From Amphiscolops sp. MND2022 (Eukaryota): DNA of 64,000 nt. The position numbers and the translations under genes are program-made. Position 1 is the stretch's first letter, and every line of letters starts with the position of its first letter. The notes beneath the pieces were generated by a model. The model was not told the origin of the DNA. It made no database searches and saw nothing but the letters and a program-made list of their open reading frames with translations. The stretch covers positions 41,914,001-41,978,000 of the forward strand of contig OZ076413.1 in NCBI GenBank assembly GCA_964187785.1, in the 5' to 3' direction. Shown here piece by piece: positions 60,548-64,000 of the stretch.

Positions 60548-61423
60548 CTATGGTGTTAAACTTAGTTTTGGGAAACCATCGTATAAGAAAAACCGGAGAT
60601 TTCCACTTTGTGAGAGGAATGTGGGCTGACCAAATATTCGAAAAATTACATCGAGCGTGATTAAATTTTTTCGGTTTGCATACCTCATGCGGAAAAGGTG
60701 TTTTCTCGAAACATTTGAAGCAACGTATTTTCAGGTGCTGAATTTGTGAGATACAATGAAAAGTTGGCCAAAAAACACCCAGGATCTGCATGAGTTGGCT
60801 CAAGGCTCAAAATAAATGAAGAGCAAAATAAATATCGGAAAGTATATTCTCAGTGTTACATTTTATTTTCAGAAAAGGTGGAAAACCTGCTTCGGCTGGT
60901 TACGAATACTAAATGTTCTGCCTTTCCACCCCGGGTTCTAACCACAACTCCAACTAGTCCCTTAACCACTGTTTTCTAATCAGATTCGTTAGTCTGATTT
61001 CTGTGCGCTGAAACAAAGTTTCAACAAGAGGCGCGTGACTAAACTATAATGAACCCGCGTCGCTTCTTTCAACAAAATTCAACGAAACTTGCTCATCGCT
61101 TCGAGAAACTCGCGTAAACCTCTAGACCAAGTAGGAAAAAATTGGCAGAAACTGGGAAGAAATTGGCAGAAAGGCAGGGAATACAAAATATCCCGACTAA
61201 AACTAAGATATTTTGTCTCTTAGGAAAACAAAAAAAAACAAAAACGTCACCCAATACCGGAAAATGTTTCAATGATGACGTTTTAATATCATAAAGCTTG
61301 TGGATCATAAAATGATCTTGAAATGAAGGCATTTTGACCTGTTGTGATTCTTCAGACTTTCATACCCCACCAAAACAAAAAAATATTAAACAACGTACGC
61401 TAGTTGAAACTGCTGGTACTTTT

Positions 61424-61988
61424 TGGTCGGCGCATTTTAGTAGAAAATGTGCCCGATCCTTACAGCGGGTAGTTTTTTTAGACACGTAGTGGACACTTTT
61501 TTGTTCATTTGTTCAACTTAACCAAAACATACCGGAAACCTCAGAACCTCATCCAAAATTATAAAACCGACGTCCAGAACATAGAAAGTAAACTAAAGAT
61601 CCAAACTTGGGTGTTTTCAACTTGGATTTTTCAATTTCAACTTGGCGACTATTTCAATTTATTTTGCCTTCAAAGGGTCCCACCTTCAAGTTTCTTTTGA
61701 TATTTTGCATCAAACTAAAGTGCCAAAAAGCTCAAAGGGTCTCTCCTTTTATGTATTTCGGCACTATGACACCATTCAAAATTCTCATTTTTCTTTTTTT
61801 TGCGAAAATTAAAAAAATTTCGACTTTTTTTGTCTCCAAAGGGTCCCTTTTGATATTTTGCTATTTGGTTTTTTTTGCTAAAACTGGATTTTCAAAAAGC
61901 CCGAAGGGTCCCCGTTTCTACAGGTTTAAAAACTTTGCGCTTTTTGAGCCTTAGATATAGCGCCGACGTTAGACGTTCCCGTCTTGTT
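61424..61988 (+). mobile_element. HINE-like element copy
   Basis: tggtcggcgcattttagtagaaaatgtgcccga at 5'; gagccttagatatagcgccgacgttagacgttcccgtcttgtt at 3'. Confidence 0.65.
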
Positions 61989-62465
61989 ATATGCTGTAGG
62001 CCTTATTGCAGTGTTATTTTCTTTAAACATAGAAAAATCAGTAAACATCCAGCAGTAAATCTTGTAGGATTCCACTTCTGCAATTATCTTGAAAATATTT
62101 TCCACTTCGTTACCGTCAAGGTCACCATGTATGGTGGGGCGTCACGAAGCAGAATATTCACTAAGCCGAATAAACGAAAGTATTCATTAGGCCGAAAAAA
62201 ATGGAAGCATTCACTAAGCCAAAAAATACTTAGCATATTTCTTGTATGGTTCGGTCGCTTCGTTCCTTTCGTCAGGTAGCAACATTGAGGCATGGCCATA
62301 TGTGTGACATGATGTCAATGATGCACTTACTGCCACTTAAATTACATTTAGCTAATGACAATTTAATACCTGCCAATAGCTATAAACTAAACATCTAGAA
62401 GCTGACCTTATCACTTGAACTTGAAAGTACAAGCTCTTCAAGCGGGGAAATTTTCGGAAGAGCAA

Positions 62466-64000
62466 ATGTCAAATCAGAAAAAACACCAACAAAAAATTAC
62501 ATTACCAACGTTCGAGAAACGAGGAATACAGGAAGCAAAGTTATGGTGGAGAAGATTACCCAGTACATCAAGATGACACAAAACATCGACCTTAATGAAA
62601 TGACAACGGACCGTGAAATTTTGCCGAACTACAGAGACGATCTGGAACACCGGATCAAAGATTTATTTATATGGGCACTGGGCGAGTCAGCGATAACGGA
62701 AATGACAAGAACCGTTAGAGATAAAGATCCAAATATAATGGACATTAATCAACTGTATTCATTTTTCCGGTAACACTTGATACCGGAACGAAATAAATTC
62801 CACAGCAGAGCAGGTTTCTCTGGAATAACCAGAGAAAAACATGAAACAGCAGAAGATATGGACTAGAATATTAAAAGTAGGAAAAAAATTGCGGGTTCGA
62901 GAACGTGACACCAGCCGAACTAATTGCCTCAAAATTTCTCTCCGTGATTGGACGATCAACTGGCGACTACGAATTGAAGAAGAAAATTCGAAAGAGTGAT
63001 ATGACTATAGAAACTATCACAACATTAATACATGTATGATCGATTAACCGAATCGAACAATTCAAACGATGGAAAAGAAATCAAACACGTACAAGAACGG
63101 CCATAAAAGAGAATGTGGACAGATAAAACCGACCAAGACAAATTGAAGAGACGACCGGAAAATCAAAGATACAAACAACGAGGTAACCGATGTGGACAAT
63201 GCGGCACACCAACCTGGACAAGACAACACATATGCCCGGGGAAAATGGCAGAATACAGAAACTGTAAAAGAAGAAGACACTATGAGAAAATGTTCAGATC
63301 CGCGAAAAGAGTCCAACACATTGAAAAAACAACTTCAACAGCAGAAGAAGACGACTGGGATTACGAAAACATCCAAAGAGTAAACGATAACAAACAAAAG
63401 AAAGATTTCTGTAATGCAGCGTTATTGGTCAACATTGTACTAATAAAATTCATTATAGACAGCGACTCGCCAGTCACAACAAAACCGGAGTGTTTATTCA
63501 ACGATATAACTACAATTAAACCACTCAAGACCACTTACAAAGATGTAAACAAGAAGAAGATTGAATTCACTGGACAAACGAACGCACTGGGGAAAACAAA
63601 TAAAACGACAATCGAACTACCACTACTGATCACGAGAGCAAAAACATCGCCATTAATGGGATTTGAGTGGATGCAACAGCTATAAATCAATTTGAGTTCA
63701 AATAACGAAGCAATTCAAACCCACAATATAAAACTGGACAACAGGGACCAGAAAATATTAAAACTTCAGAACGACTTCAAAGACCTGTTCTACAACAAAG
63801 AGATAAAAAAACTTTTCGGTCAAAGTACATTTAAAAGAAGGGGCACAAATTATACAACAAAAAGGAAGACCAATCCCAATACACTTACAAGATCAAGTGG
63901 CATTAGAACTAAAACGGCTGATCAAACACGAATATCTAGAAAGAGCAACGGAAAATACAGAAAACTGTTTTGTGAGTCCTGCATAGATTACAGTGAAAAA
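62466..64000 (+). pseudogene. Decayed Mag-like Gypsy gag-PR-start of RT, running off the window edge
   Basis: KDLFIWALGESA, PERNKFHSR, CGQCG..W...HICP, FIIDSDSPV, QQKGRPIPIHLQ, CFVSP; homologous to the 33573-39394 element; many stops and frameshifts; LTR not delimited. Confidence 0.85.

Noticed and set aside
1..64000. Species assignment
   Set aside because: No diagnostic host gene is present; only an AT-rich, TE-rich eukaryote, probably an invertebrate, is supportable.

Overview
AT-rich eukaryotic (probably invertebrate) repeat-dense window with no confidently identifiable host gene. It holds four LTR retrotransposons with both LTRs: a BEL/Pao element lacking integrase (1152-6190, -), a Gypsy element lacking RT/RNase H but with extra 3' ORFs (18843-31999, +), a Mag-like Gypsy element (33573-39394, -) and a 15.8-kb retrovirus-like Gypsy element with 3.16-kb LTRs and an intact env (44747-60547, -). 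It also holds a 2.5-kb solo LTR, a truncated Mag-like element at the right edge, a decayed LINE RT, five copies of a Helentron/DINE-1-like non-autonomous element and a ~183-bp satellite. The main observation is that two different Gypsy elements each carry a TARG1/OARD1-like (ADP-ribose glycohydrolase) macrodomain. In the env-bearing element it lies between RNase H and integrase and appears to keep the catalytic Lys and Asp. In the other it lies downstream of integrase and is divergent. This suggests retroelement counter-defence against ADP-ribosylation. All domain calls come from reading motifs by eye; no searches were run.
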